A stretch of DNA of 64,000 nucleotides from Vicugna vicugna (Eukaryota), in assembly GCA_013265495.1 (NCBI GenBank), contig MU058259.1:204437-268436 (forward strand). Reading direction: 5' to 3'. The position numbers and the translations under genes were made by a program. This document shows positions 51,645 to 64,000 of the stretch, one piece after another (the first letter of the stretch is position 1; every line of letters begins with the position of its first letter). A model generated the notes under the pieces. It was not told the DNA's origin. It made no database searches and saw only the letters and a program-made list of their open reading frames with translations.

Positions 51645-51850
51645 CATAGAGCATAGCCATTAAAAGCACATGCTTTCCAGCCAGACTGCTTGAGTTCAAG
51701 ATCTGGCTTTGTCTCTATACGCTGTGTGACCTTGAGCAAATTACTTAATCTCTCTGTGCCTCAGTGTCTCATCTTTCAAATGGAGGTGATAATTCTACCT
51801 GCCTCTTCAGATTATTCAAGCAATTATGACAGTGCCTAGTATGTAATGAT
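51645..51850 (+). mobile_element. MIR SINE
   Basis: agccagactgcttgagttcaa...gctgtgtgaccttgagcaaattacttaatctctctgtgcctcagt. Confidence 0.85.
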
Positions 51851-52614
51851 CCCTACCTATATTCATATATAATGATAATGTTCTAGAATTCTCATAAGTC
51901 CATGGGGCTGCAAAGGAACTAGTGAAGGAAAGGGAATCCTTAATTTAAAAAAAAAATCTAACTGCATTTCCAAGAGAATGAAGATGAATAAGCATATTCC
52001 ATGCTTATTAGATATCAGTTGGTTCACTAACATCCCTGCTCCTCTTGGGTACCCATAAGTCAGCGTCCAGGCTGCCAAGCAGGAGTGTTTGGCACAGTTA
52101 GGGGTGTTCTGCATTAAGACTAGGGAAGGACCATTCTTGATCTGCCACCAGCTCCCAGGGAACACACACGGAGAAGCTAACCATCTCCTTGCCCACCCGG
52201 CTCGGGCAGACCGTGGGAGAGAAGTTTGCAACAGGAACATTTTTGGGCCTCACTGATTCCTGTGCCTGAGAGGGAAAGTAGGAGGGTGAGTAGGTCTTTA
52301 TGCTTGGAAGTTGCAAAAATGAAGGCAGAACTTGGCCCTGGCAGGAATGAGAGCCATGGGGCTGGCTGGATGTCAGCGGACTCAGGCTGAGTGAGGGCAG
52401 CTGTGGGCTGCTTGGGAACGTCCTTCTGGGAGTGGGAGCTAGAAAGAAAAAGGGCGGAGAGACACAGGAGACTGGGCTGGGATCTTGAGGAATTTGAGAG
52501 AAAGGAGACCATGTTCGGCCTCGGAGATACAATGTTCAGAAGGACAGGAAAATCAGTTACATTAGGCACACACCTGAGATATGCACGGAGTGGAGATGGT
52601 CAGACTCATGGGAG

Positions 52615-53056
52615 CAGGGATGTGCTGGTAAATATTTAAGAATCAGCTCTCTTCGGGGAAGAAAGGCAAGGAGGGGACTCCTTTATAGAATCTGCTGATT
52701 TTCCTAGTGTAAATCCTACCACTGTGGCTGACTTCAAGTCATATATGTGATGTCACTAGATGTGGGGTCTGGAAGAGTTGCTGGCTGGCACCGTATCATA
52801 CCTGATTTCCCCCTATGCATACAGTAGACACACAGGTCACCTCAAGCGCCAGGGTAATAGTCAAATGTTGTAAATGGATTAGGAAGTGATGAGCTTTGAG
52901 TGTTTATTACTTTTGTTTGAATATAATTTATTTAATTGTAATTTTCTATAATTTCATTTTAAATAATGACCATTGTTTACAGTGGGCTTGCAAAGTTCCT
53001 GAAAATTTAACAATTGACCCTTGGAAGCTGGTTCAAGCTGGCTTCAAAGCATATCA
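52615..53056. mobile_element. MER63-family hAT element
   Basis: cagggatgtgctggtaaatatttaa...ttaggaagtgatgag...gcttgcaaagttcctgaaaatttaac...agctggcttcaaagcatatc. Confidence 0.7.
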
Positions 53057-53204
53057 GTTTTCTCTATGGTAAAATAAGAGCCTCCTTCTCTTCATACTGT
53101 CTAGATCACAGGGTTCTTGTGAGGGTTGGAAAAATATGTGAAAGTGTTTCAAGAACTGTAAGCAGCATATAAATATTATATACAACTAAAACATATTCTC
53201 ATGG

Positions 53205-53425
53205 GAAGAGTATAACCTAGTGGTTGACAAGGCAGGTTCTGGAGCCAGTCTGCCTAAGTTGAACCCTGGCTGTACTCTTTTTTCACTGTGTGACCTTAGG
53301 CAGACCCTTGCCCTCTCTGAGCCTCAGTTTTCTCATTTGTAGGATTTGAGAGGCTGAACTGAGTTAATATTGTAAAGCATCCAGAACTGTGTCTAGCATA
53401 CAGTAAGCACCATTTAAATATTGAC
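53205..53425 (+). mobile_element. MIR SINE
   Basis: tagtggttgacaaggcaggttctggagccagtctgcc...ctgtgtgaccttaggcag...ctctctgagcctcagttttctcat. Confidence 0.85.
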
Positions 53426-54289
53426 TAAAATTGTTTACTAAGTTAAACAGTAGTAAGTCTGCAATTCTTCCAGAACCAGAAGGCCTTTTAACTAGGGAGC
53501 CCAAGAGCCTAGCCTCCACCCCCACCCCCACCCCACTTGGTTTTAACGGGACAGCTCTCCTCTATGGTAATAGAATTTCTCCTTTGCTAAAAGGCAATGC
53601 TTTTTAGATAATGAACCCTGAGGCCTAGTACGGAGATAAAGATGCTGCTAGAATCAGATTCCACGGCCATTCACCACAGTGGCGGGGGTGGGGAGGAAAG
53701 AGAGCTATCTTATTACATGCCTGGCTGGCTCAATTACTTCAGTCCTGACCTAGGCAGACGCTGGAGCCAGCCCAGGGCAGAGCTCCAGAGTTCAAGGGAC
53801 CATTAGCTGCCCCGCAGAACGTGGTCTCATTTACTATCTCAAGACAGGAAGTAGAAGCAAACCTGCCCACCAAAGGCCCCAGGGCTGGCCAGGGTAAGAA
53901 AGTAGACAGACGGGTCTAGAGAGATGGAGGACGGCAGGAGGGAGGGGACAGGAGCCGCGGCTGCGATGTCAGCCGCAGACTGCTTCAAAGAGTCTGGGGG
54001 GTGAGGCAGAAGGTTCTGAGGCAAAGTCAGGGCCAGATTTGGTGGGGGAGGAAGGTGGTTGGGAAGGCAGTCAGGACCTCCTCACCAGGGACGAAGAAGT
54101 CTGGTGCCATGAAATAAGAATAGAAAGGCAGAAGCAAAGAAGGGTTTGGTCCGCAAGGTGGAAAAATCCAGGCAGGCTGCTATGATCAGGTTTTTCCAAC
54201 TAAGGCATGGCAACCATTACAGAGTCCTGAATTCCATGGAGTGGGTCAAAACCAGCATTTCCTCTTTCTTAACAAAGTAGAATAGAAGA

Positions 54290-54735
54290 GCGTGGCATAG
54301 ACTGCATAGGTGCTCGTCAATCCCAGTTCCTCTTCCTGGGTGCTCAGACTATGTTTCCCTGTGGCCCTTACAGTTAGGTTGGAGCCTTGTAACTAGGTTC
54401 TAGCTATGGAGTGTAGGCAAAAGTGAGATAAGCCACTTATAAGCCTAATCACAAAATCCCCTGAATGACTCTCTCTGTTTCTGTCTCTGTCTCTCTCTGT
54501 GCCTCCGTCTCTTTCACTCTCTCTCCCCTTCTCTCCTTTCTACCACAATTGTGTGTTGAAGATGGTGATATAATATAGAAGGAACCTGGATCCCTGGAGG
54601 AAGAAGAAAGCCACTAAGTAGAGCTGCCTAATCTACACTGGGCTAGGACATGAACAAGAAAAATACTTTTATTTTAAGCCACTGAGATTTTGGGGCTGTT
54701 TGTTTCAGTGTTTAGCAAGCACTGCCCTGACTAAT
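54290..54735 (+). mobile_element. MLT1I/J-like LTR inside a MER112-like hAT element (~54187-54960)
   Basis: cagactatgtttccctg...ggaacctggatccctg...ttaagccactgagattttggggctgtttgtt...ctgactaata. Flanks gtgggtcaaaaccagcattt and atcaaagtgcattgca...tttgaaaatcactg. Confidence 0.65.
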
Positions 54736-54744
54736 AAAAATAAC

Positions 54745-54836
54745 AGAATAAAATGGAATGGAGTGGAAAGGAAGAATAGAATGGAATGGAATAAGTGAAA
54801 ATAGAACAGAATGGAGTGGAATAGAATAGAATAGAA
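54745..54836. repeat. (GAATG/GAATA)n degenerate pentanucleotide repeat
   Basis: aatggaatggagtggaa...atagaatagaatagaa. Confidence 0.85.
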
Positions 54837-54999
54837 ACTATCAAAGTGCATTGCAGTTAGTAAAAAGTAAATTTGTTTGTTGAAAAATTTGTTTCAGTTC
54901 ATGTGTATATACTTAACTTGTTTTATTTTTTGCCAGAGGAAGTGATTTGAAAATCACTGCCTTAGAGCTGGAAGGAGGTTTGGGGAGTGTGAAAGAAGA

Positions 55000-55040
55000 A
55001 AAAGCTTTAGGTAAAAGCTTTAGGTAAAAGCTTTAGGTAA
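55000..55040. repeat. Perfect 13-bp tandem repeat (aaaagctttaggt)x3
   Basis: Units at 55000-55012, 55013-55025 and 55026-55038. Confidence 0.95.
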
Positions 55041-55169
55041 GATTGGGATTGCTTATTGACCACACCACCCTTTTAAGGAAGGTGCTGTAGATTTCCTCAG
55101 TACCCCTATCTTATGTCTAGTTGTAGTAGAAGTTTGTTATTTGTGCTTGCTGGTCTGCTGTCTCTTCCA

Positions 55170-55650
55170 CTGAGAATGGCATCCCAGTCTTAGTCCATAT
55201 AGTTTGTCTGGGGCTGTCTCTACCCCTTTGAGATCAAGGTGGAAGACACATGTATGAAGCCTGGACAATCAAAGTGTTTTATTCCTGGAACCATAGTGAT
55301 TGGTTCAGGGATGAACACAGGACCCAAGTTGGTCCAACCAGAGTTAAAACTGGGACTTTGGCTGGAGTGATAAAAGTATGTGCTTTGTTCCCTTGTTGTG
55401 GAGCTGTGGGGATATGAATCTGAAATTGCTGAGGCTGTCCTGCCATGACAGGGGAGAACTTGCCAGAGAATAGAACCACCATTGGGGAAGTCTGAGCTAG
55501 AGATCAAACAAGACCAAGTCCCAATGACATCATTTGAACCCCTGGATTTAGCCATGCCTGAAGTCATCCCTGTAGTTTGTAGTTGAGTCTATAAATTCAG
55601 TTCTTGGCTTCTTCCAGATTGGATTGAGTTTTGTAACTTAGAGTCCTGAG
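55170..55650 (+). mobile_element. MLT1K/L-like LTR
   Basis: ccatagtgattggttcagggatgaacac...gacccaagttggtccaa...atgacatcatttgaacccctggatttagccatgcctgaag. Confidence 0.75.
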
Positions 55651-56464
55651 GCTGTGGTCCTCCGCATTTTTAAGATGTCTCTTCCTTGATAAAATGGGCC
55701 TCAGGAAGGAATTAAAGTGGAAAACAGCTGGTCCTCAGGCTCCTCCAGGCTTTGCCGGGGAAAAGTGGTTCAATCACAGAAGAATCAGGCTTCCACATAT
55801 GGAAAAACTACAAGGTAAAATCAAGGAGAAATTCATTTTTTCTTGTTTTGTTTTGAGGGGATGAAGAACAGATGAATGCCATTACAACTACTAATACATT
55901 TCTCTTCATTTGTTCAACAAATATTTATTGACTACCTTCCATGTGTTAAGAACTATGTTAGGCCCTGGAGACACAACATTGAGTAATAACAGAGCAAATT
56001 CTTGTTAAGAGCTTACTATGTGTCAGACTCTGTTCTGGGAACTTTATGCTTATTAACTATTTTGGCCTTTACATCTACCCTATCTGGCAGATAAGTTTTA
56101 CTATCTCCCATTTTATAGATGAGGAAACTGAGGCACAGCAAGATTGAGGTAGGAAGAAGGAGAACTAGTTTTGAACCTGGGGATACCGGCTTCAAGTCTG
56201 AGTGTTAAAATCATTGAACCACACTGCCATGGTCCTAGCTCACTCAAAGCTCATAGTGGTTTCTACAAAGAACCATCCCAAGAGTCTCTTAGGATCTCTG
56301 CTCTGAATTAGAATCCAGTTTAACAAACTCTGACTGACTTGAACTGCAGCATCACTTGTTGAATTCCAGGCTCTGCTTAACTTACCTTTGTGAAATTAGT
56401 CTTTAGCTATTAATATGTGTGACTCTGGGTGGGGAAGAGGGGATAAAAGGTCACTTAGAGATAC

Positions 56465-56700
56465 AGTTTAGTCTAATGGTTAAAAGCACAGTTTTTGGAC
56501 TCATCTGAGATACTGGGTTCAACTCTCTACTCTGCCATTTTCTAGCTGTGTGACCCTGCAAAAGTTACTGACCCTCTCTGAGCTTCTGTCTCTTCATCTT
56601 GGAAATGGGGTTAATGATTTCACTTCATCTGATTGTTGCACAACTGGAACAAGGTAATGAAGTGCCTGGGGCAAAGTCAGCACCCAATAAATGCTGGTTG
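56465..56700 (+). mobile_element. MIR SINE (another MIR, minus strand, at ~55995-56225)
   Basis: ctgggttcaactct...ctctgccattttctagctgtgtgaccctg...ccctctctgagcttctgtctcttcatc. Confidence 0.8.
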
Positions 56701-57739
56701 TGATAGCTCTTCCTCTTTGGCTTTCTGTTTGTTACATGAGGAGTTGGGCAAGATGCTCTCTGAGGTTTCTGCTGGCGTATGTTTGTGTGACTAGAATTTT
56801 CCAAATGCTAATTTGGGAATGGCAGATTCCCATTGTCATGGTTTTTCTTCTTAAAGAATTATTTTCTGTTGTGTCTCTGTAAAATTGGGCTTTTTGTGCT
56901 AGTTTGCAGCCACAGGAGCTTATTTAAGACTTTTACATGACATCATAAGTTGGTGCCCATAAAAGTGATGAAATGCCATATACCAAACAGTGAGGAAGAG
57001 TATTCCAGGGGCCCTAGTTCAAATCTGGACATTCTCCTCTGGTGAGTGGGGGTGTATGGCTTGGCTTCCCCTTCCTTGACTCCTTTAATAATTCTGGAGA
57101 CACTCCCACCCCCAAGCTAGAGGAGGAAGTGTTGGAGGGGGCACGGAGTGAGGAAGAGTAAGAGAGGGGAAAGCAAAGACAGCAGGACAGGGAGGAGTGT
57201 GGGGAGGGGGAAGGGATGGAAAGGCTAGAAGTCAACGAGGAGAATACAGAGAAAGAAGAACCGGGTAGGCAGACTGGGGAAATCAGCTCAGACCTCACCA
57301 TGAAATGTTCAGTCTATTCTAGTAAAACTTGATTTCTAAAATGTCCTGTTCGAAACGTAGAACGAATCTAAAAATAGAGACTATATTAGGTTGAGGAAAA
57401 ATGAATGACCATAGCATGCTGCTTAGGAGCAAAACTGTCATGATACCATTGACCTTTTTTCCACTCTGCAGGTCATTCACAAACCATAATTTATTTCATT
57501 GCTGAAATACAATACCACATGCAATACAAACCAAAAATAGGTGAAAAAGACTAAATGTCTATATTCCTCAGAGAGACCCTCTCCAATGGGATGAATTTTC
57601 CTTCCTTCATTCACTTATTCATTGCTTTATCTACCAGCCACTCATTGGGCATCTACTTTGTGCCATGCCCCATGTTAGATGGTAGAGATTCAGAGATAAG
57701 TAAGACATATTTCCTGCCCTGTAAAGAATGATAATGCAG

Positions 57740-58273
57740 TGCCAGTTTTGACACTTCTCCCATCTAGAGGTGAGGGACCATATCCCTTCCCCTTGAATCT
57801 TATCTGGTCTTAATGACTCACTTGTAACCAATGGAAGTAATGTATCAGGTTAAGTTATAAAGGGTAATACAGCTTCTGCCTTGCTTTCTGGAGCATTTAC
57901 ACTAAGAGACTTGAACTGCCATGAAAGATGTCCTACCACCCTGAGGCCACCATGGTGTGAGGAAGCCCAAGCAGCTACATGAAGTGGCCATGTGTACAAA
58001 TTATGATAAACAGATGTCCCAGCCAATAGCCAGCATTAACTGCCAGATGTTGAGTGAAGATCCTCCAGGTGATTTCAGCCCCCAGCCATTCAGTCACCTC
58101 CAACCACTGAATCTTCCTAACTTAGGTCCCAAACAACATGGAACAGAGGCAAACCATCCCTACTGTGCCCTGTTTGATTTACTGACTCAGAATCTGGCTA
58201 TGGACATAATAATAGTGTTGCTTTATGTCACTAAATTTTGGGATAATTTGTAGTAGTAGTAGTAATCAGAACA
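57740..58273 (+). mobile_element. MLT1G/H-like LTR
   Basis: ttttgacacttctcccatc...tccccttgaatct...cagcttctgccttg...gtgaggaagcccaagc...ctaaattttgggataatttgt...aatcagaaca. Confidence 0.8.
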
Positions 58274-59869
58274 CTTTCTAGTGATTGTTAAAATCCCAAA
58301 TAAATCTGGAAACACAGTTATTAAATGACCACCATGGTCCTCATCCCCAAAGGTGTTTATCAGTTTCCCATTTATAATACTCCCTGGGACTTACAAACAG
58401 CATTTTAAAGAGTTATTGTTCTCAGGAAGCTGACAGCCTCAGTTGGACAGACCCACCCAAGAGACTTAACACCTGAGAACCAGAATATGTCAAGGGGACC
58501 AAAAATCTGACCCTTCAAGAAGCTTTATGAATGCAACAGCCTGAAAATGACAACAAAATCTCTTCCTTATACCATGATTCAGGTATGTGCCAACTGCTTA
58601 AAATCAACTTCATTTCCCACCAGTTGTTCTTTACTTAGAGTGCAGATACCTAATCATGATATCCATGCATCAAATAAAATATGATTCCATCATAGACTCA
58701 TGGAATACTGAATCTAAAGGAGGTTTACAGATCTCCTGATTCAACTCGCACACTTACCTAATGAGGAAATTACTGAGGTCCAGAAGATTGGGTTCCTTGT
58801 CCAGGGCAACACAGCTAGTTAGTGGTCAGGTGCCAGGAACCAGGGCCCCCCTCTCATTTGTATACAGTCTCTTCTCCTTGGACATCAGGGAAGGCACTGT
58901 ACTCAAGGTGACATCATGGGGAAGTTCCAAACACAGGTCATGGAGTCCAACAGAACTCCCAGTTCTGCTCCTTCACACTAGCTGTGTGAATATAGCCAAG
59001 TTACTTAACTTCTCTGAGCCTCTGATTTCTCTTCTGTAAAATGGGGGATAATTATGAAACTTACCAACCAGGGTTCATTATGGGAGTTCATTGAGATGAT
59101 GCACAGAAAGCACGTCGCATTTTGCCTGGTCCAGTTTGTAGTAAGCAGTTACAAAGTCCAGCTCTCTCTAGAATGAAACATTCTGGCCTGTACCTTGAAG
59201 AAGTGGACTTGAGGCTGAGTGAGGAGGTTTGCTTCATTGTTTTCTAGTTTGAGGGTGATCAAAGGTTGTCCAGGCTGGCAGTGCCACCAGCCCTCTGGGA
59301 GAAGTAAGTGGCTGCTGGCCTCATTCGAGTACCTGTGAGGTTGCTGCATCCTTGCCTCTCTTCCCTGGATGCTGACAGATAACTCCTTGGCTTGTCCGTC
59401 TGAGACATTCCCCTCCACCTGTGAATGTTGTTTCAACTCCCCTGAGCATAATGTGCCTCTATCTAGTTCCTTTCCCTCTTGCTTCTCCTTGTCACCTCTC
59501 AGAGTTGAGGGCTCATTGTGGATGTCAATAAGGGGCTGCGATGTCATCAGTTTCCTGCCTTCTTCCACCAGTGGAGCCCCATGGGAGCTGCACAGTGTGC
59601 CCCTGGGGCAATAAAAGTTCACCTGCTCACTTCTGGCACCTGGTACCTCAGAGCACCCTGGTGACCTCAAATCCTGAGGCAGCCTCCAGAGCTCAGCTAC
59701 AAAGCAAGGGAGAGAACTGCAGGGGGCCCCAGACAGAAGCAAGTTGAGAGGACAGCCCAAGCGAACATTTCTGTCCAGGTGTGTGTAACAGATCTTATGC
59801 TAATGGTGCCCATTACCAGAGAGAATAGATTAAATCTCCTTTCAACTTTCTGAGGCCCAGGAGGCATTC

Positions 59870-60490
59870 ACAAGCATTTCTTATAAATGTACAGTGTGCT
59901 AGGCATTATCTTAAGCCCACAGGAAGGGTACAAAGATGAACAAATTGGCAACCTCCCTGCTTTCTATGAGCTCATAGTTTTGTGAGAGAAGCCAGATTCA
60001 GAAACAATGACAACATAGTGTGATCAATGTTGAATTTGCGACAATAGCAAGGGACAGAGGGCGTGGCTGTTGGCGCTGTCAGAGGTAGAGGGAGCGGTGA
60101 GGAAGTCTTCACAGAAGAGGTGCTCAACAAAGAGTAGAGGTTGCTAGGGTGGCAAGTGAGATTCAGGCCTAAGGAACAGCATGTGCGAAAAAAGGGCAGC
60201 GGTCTGAAAGAACACGGAGTGTTTGGGGGAGTACAAACCATCTGGTGGGAAAGGAAAAAGGTGGTGGGAAAGGTTAAAAAATGATTTGGGGCCAGATATT
60301 AGAGCCCTTGGCTGGATATACAATGGGGAATTTGTACTTTATTTCCTAGGTGAAATGGAGTTACTGATGGTTATTGAGCAGGGGAATGACATGGCCATTT
60401 TGTATTCCTGAAGGATAATACTGTTTCCAGTGTAGAGGATGAAGCTGAGGGGCCTGAACTAAATGCAGAGAGAGCAATCAGCAGGCTCTG
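59870..60490. mobile_element. L2 fragment
   Basis: gtgtgctaggcat...aaagatgaac...gagctcatagt...ggaacagcatgtgcgaa...tttgtactttat...ttgagcaggggaatgacatg. Confidence 0.65.
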
Positions 60491-61064
60491 ACTTCATCTA
60501 GACAGGGTGGGATGGGTTCTTCCGTGTGGCAAGGACCCTCAGGGTGGGGGCTGGCGGAGTTCCATCTAGCTACAGCCTGACCAGACTGAACTTATCCACC
60601 TCCCTTCTGTATTCCCCAGACTCTGACTAGGAGTAAGTGCTCCATAAATATGTGTTAAAGGAATGCACAAATGTGGGATGTCCCGCCCCACAAGGACTCC
60701 CCATGATGTGAATCAGTGACCTCGCAAGATCCCAAATTGTGCTTGGATCTTGACCTCCTGACGTAAAAAAAGGAGGTTTCAGTCTGCAGCAGGTCAAATC
60801 AGGACTGGATTTCTCTGCTCCCTGTCACTCTAGGTAGCAAAAGGCTCATTATTTAGGAAGAGCAATGGACAGATTTTGTTCGGAGGTCAGGGACAAAGGA
60901 ACAGAAATCAGGCAGATGATTTTGACCGTGATGTTAAAAATGCTACAGATACAGGCATTTGCTGCTTTGCACTACTGTCCCTTACAGTTCCAGGGGCCAT
61001 TCAGAGCTGTTAGCTCACCTTTGTGTCTGTTATGTCCTGGGGGGTGGGCACCTTTGGTGCCCCC

Positions 61065-61450
61065 AGAAGCAGATCCTGAAACAAAGTCTTAAATGCAAGT
61101 TGTTTATTTGGAAGGAGGAAACACTGGTTGGAAAGTGGAGGAGTGAGAGGGGAAGGGAAGGGAGCCACAGTTGCGTGTGATAATAAGCAAGTCCCCACTA
61201 TGGGCTCCTGGAGATCAGTCCCAGTGGGGACCTCCGGGGGAGAGTGTTGAACATTCCAGAGTTATCCCGCTGCTGGGATGAGGAAGCTGGGGTATTTCTC
61301 CACCAACTCCCCATCTGTCATCATTTGAGGGCTGCTTCCAGGGGCGTGAACTCTCCAGCATTTCCATCTTGCCCTGAGCACCAGTTGAGTGTGTTCTCAT
61401 AGACAGTTACAGATATTGGCAGTAAGCAGTGTTAGGTGTGTAGGGGGAAG
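61065..61450. mobile_element. ERVL LTR (LTR33-like)
   Basis: ccccagaagcagatcctgaaacaaag...tgcaagttgtttatttgg...gagtgagaggggaagggaagg...gaagctggggtattt. Confidence 0.65.
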
Positions 61451-61812
61451 TGCAGGATACATGTGGGTGCCAATAGGGTCTGTTACCGGTGCTTATAACC
61501 ACAGGGAGGGCATCCAGCCCCACCCTAGAAAGATTCTTCAGTCCCAAGCTTAGGAAGGAAAGGGTGTGTGATAAACACTGAGATTTAATGGAAATGCATT
61601 ACTGTTTTCATATGGGGTATGGAGGTGCAAGTGTCAGAAGCCTGGATTTAAAAAAAAAATCTTTGTGTCTCATTCATAGTACACATCAGATGATCACTTG
61701 GGCTTTGGCATATTTTCTAGCTCGTTGAGGGTGGATGGTAGGGTAGTACCATTCCGTGGCATGGCTCAGAGGCAGGAGTATCCCCATAATTTCCTTCCTC
61801 CAAAGCCACTTT

Positions 61813-62829
61813 TTTTGGGGCTGCTTGGTCAATAAGTTTATCACTGTCTTTATCTTAAAAGTCTTCATAGAATATTGTGGTTTGCTCTATTAGCTCTCAG
61901 CAGCCCGTTCCTTAGCTCGAGGAAGCTTGCCTTCTTCTGAGCTACCCTATCTTTCTTCGGGGCAAGAGACATTTGGAAATGGTTCCTCTTCTTCTTTTTA
62001 ACTTCTTTCTTAGGCTTCTTCTTATAGACTGGATTCTCTTATAAAGCAGCATGAGCTTTCTTATACATATCCTCCACCATGTCTAGAGTTAATGTTGTTC
62101 TTTATGTAGTGAGAGAATTGTTTCTTGTAAGCATCTTCAATTTCTTCAGTTAGATTATGCATATCATCTGCAACATTCTGACTCATGATGTGCTTCTGGT
62201 GTATTTCTGCGTTGAATTCCTTGCTTTCTGAATCATAACCAGGGGATCATTTGGTACTGTGAGGGATAGACAAGCCTCCATCCACAGCGCCCTTCAGGGT
62301 CCCCCAGACTTTGTTTCCAGTAGTAGATCTAGCAAGTCCTGCATCCAAATGGCAGGTAAAGGCACCTACCTGATTGATCATCAATGCTTTCCATGTTGTG
62401 GTTATCTCCAGTCACCTCCACTTGGCCTTCAAAGATTTTGTCCATGCCAAACTGACTGAGAAGCCTTTGGGCCAGCGGCAGGCCAGTACAGTATCCTGCA
62501 GCATAATTTGTCAGGTCAACCTTCACACCGTACTTTGGGAGTTCATGTGCATTAGCAGCGCAGACTGTCATATTCCCTTCTGTGTGAGCGTAAGCGATCT
62601 GACAAATGATATCTGTGTTGGTTACATGAACTCATCCTGTATTTGGGTGTGTTGTCCTTATTTTTATCTTGGATTACCAAGCATTTCCCAGTGTAGTAAT
62701 TAATCAGTTTTACCCTCTCATCTTGTAAATTTCACTTGGTATCTCTTGAAGTAGGTCTTAATCTTAACAACTTCAACAAACCCCATCCTGTGGAACAGAG
62801 ACCATGTCTGCAGCTTGCCAGATCTGCAG
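61813..62829 (-). pseudogene. RPL5: Processed pseudogene of 60S ribosomal protein L5 (uL18); CDS remnant 61890-62786
   Basis: MGFVEVVKIKTYFKRYQVKF from ATG 62786; [24 protein letters not shown]; ends ERAAES* at 61890. Intronless, with 5' and 3' UTR and a short A-tail. Perfect 16-bp TSD cctccaaagccacttt 61797-61812 / 62830-62845. In-frame TGA at 62718-62720 plus frameshifts. Confidence 0.98.
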
Positions 62830-63004
62830 CCTCCAAAGCCACTTTGAACAAATACACAGATACCACAGAGAAGCCAGATGTCTGCTAGCTGATGCAGCCA
62901 GACGTGTCAGCCAGCCTACCTCAGACCCCAGAGAACAGTGCCATGCCACAGCCTAGGACATTCCAGAGCTGCCATTCCTCAGAGACCTTGGACCGGTGCT
63001 GGGC

Positions 63005-63150
63005 AAACCAGTGAGACTTAGCGTCACCTGGGGCATGTGTTTAAAAGGGAGTTTTAAAAGGCTATACTCCCGAGATGCTGGCTCAGGAGGTCTGGAGTGG
63101 GACTAAGGAATATACATTTTAGACCAGACTCCCAGATGATTCAAAATAAG
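63005..63150. mobile_element. MER5-family MITE
   Basis: gtcacctggggcatgtgtttaaaa...cccgagatgctggctcaggaggtctggagtggg...ggaatatacattttag...cccagatgattc. Confidence 0.65.
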
Positions 63151-64000
63151 GTCCAAAATGTCCAAAGAACAGAGGATATGAAGCCTTGTCTATAAACTGG
63201 GCAACGAGAGAAGATATCAGTAGGCCCTAGTTAAAAACACGGGTAAGGGGATCCTGAAAGTTTAACAGTCCCTTACTCTGGATAAATGTTTCTACCTCCT
63301 ACCTGCATGCTTGCTTCTTGGGGAAAGGGGACTTTCTGTGATGGCTCCCTAGTCCTCCAACAGTCTTTCAAGATAAAGGTGATTTATCTGCATCTGCTCT
63401 GTTAAAAGACACCAAGCAGAATGGTAAGCTCTATAGTCAACCCCTGGCTTAGAATTCAGGTCATTCCCAGCCTTTGAAGAGGAGACTATAGACACCTTCG
63501 TATGAATGGTAAACTCTCTGGAGACCCTTAGTTCCACCCAGTAATTTTCAATGCTTGGGACAGGCATTGGGACAGGCTTGGGACACTGTTTCATATTTCC
63601 AGTCCTTTGCAGTTCCCACAGGCCAATTTTTTTAAACTTCCCTGGCATTAACACAGTTTTGCTGGACATAAACTTCTCAGGAAGTATGAGTCGAGCTAGA
63701 GAAGAATTGCTTCTCAGAATATACAGAAACAGGATCTCCTTAGTCCTTGGCCATCAATTAGGCTTTTGGAAAGGAACGTAGTAGCTCTTTGAGTTCACCA
63801 GGAGATGCTTTGGGACTGTACTTATTGCAACAGGAGAAAGGCAGCTACTTAATAAATCCCAGAAAGGGCTTTCATTTAGCTTCCTCCGTCTACTGATTTG
63901 ATTCTCTTCATTCCATGATTTGCTTCTACATCTGCATTCACTATCCAGCATGAGCTCTTTACCTTTGCTTTCCCTTTAATCTGCATCCATGAATTACCTG

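Noticed and set aside
51863..52639. Cluster of overlapping 80-144 aa ORFs
   Set aside because: Ser/Pro-rich products of purine-rich sequence in several frames, with no homology recognised.
53665..53690. CTCF-like motif (caccacagtggcgg); also 59717-59730
   Set aside because: Spacing or core mismatches to the consensus; cannot be supported without PWM scoring or ChIP data.
54745..55040. Short repeats as possible CRISPR array or satellite
   Set aside because: Mammalian context, no spacers and too short; simple tandem repeats.
59149..59760. 203-aa minus-strand ORF
   Set aside because: Non-ATG start, no recognisable domain and no supporting exon structure; lies among repeats, consistent with a chance ORF.
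63349..63951. Two minus-strand ORFs and a short (ttgggacaggc)x~3 repeat at ~63555-63586
   Set aside because: No recognisable protein; the PKPVPMPVP peptide is just the translated micro-duplication.

Overview
This is AT-rich mammalian (eutherian) genomic DNA, intergenic or deep-intronic, with no convincing protein-coding exon. The lineage L1 3' UTR and the absence of recognisable Alu, B1, Bov-A/BovB, PRE-1 or Can-SINEs suggest a camelid-like cetartiodactyl (inference). The largest element is a full-length but inactivated LINE-1 (15925-23607, minus strand). It sits inside an older L1 and itself carries a younger antisense L1 3' fragment, and both insertion junctions fall at the homologous position of the host ORF2. 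Other main elements are several 5'-truncated L1s with target-site duplications (TSDs), two of which have short candidate 3' transductions, and an ERV-L pol/dUTPase relic. There are two processed retrocopies with TSD and poly(A): an RPL5 pseudogene (61813-62829) and a ~690 bp copy of an unidentified, apparently non-coding transcript (32294-32981). Many ancient repeats are present (MIR, L2, L3/CR1, MLT1, LTR33, hAT/Tigger MITEs), along with repeat-poor islands carrying HOX/CDX-type motifs that may be enhancers. Repeat subfamily names come from recalled consensus resemblance and need RepeatMasker/Dfam confirmation. No new enzymatic system is supported by the sequence.
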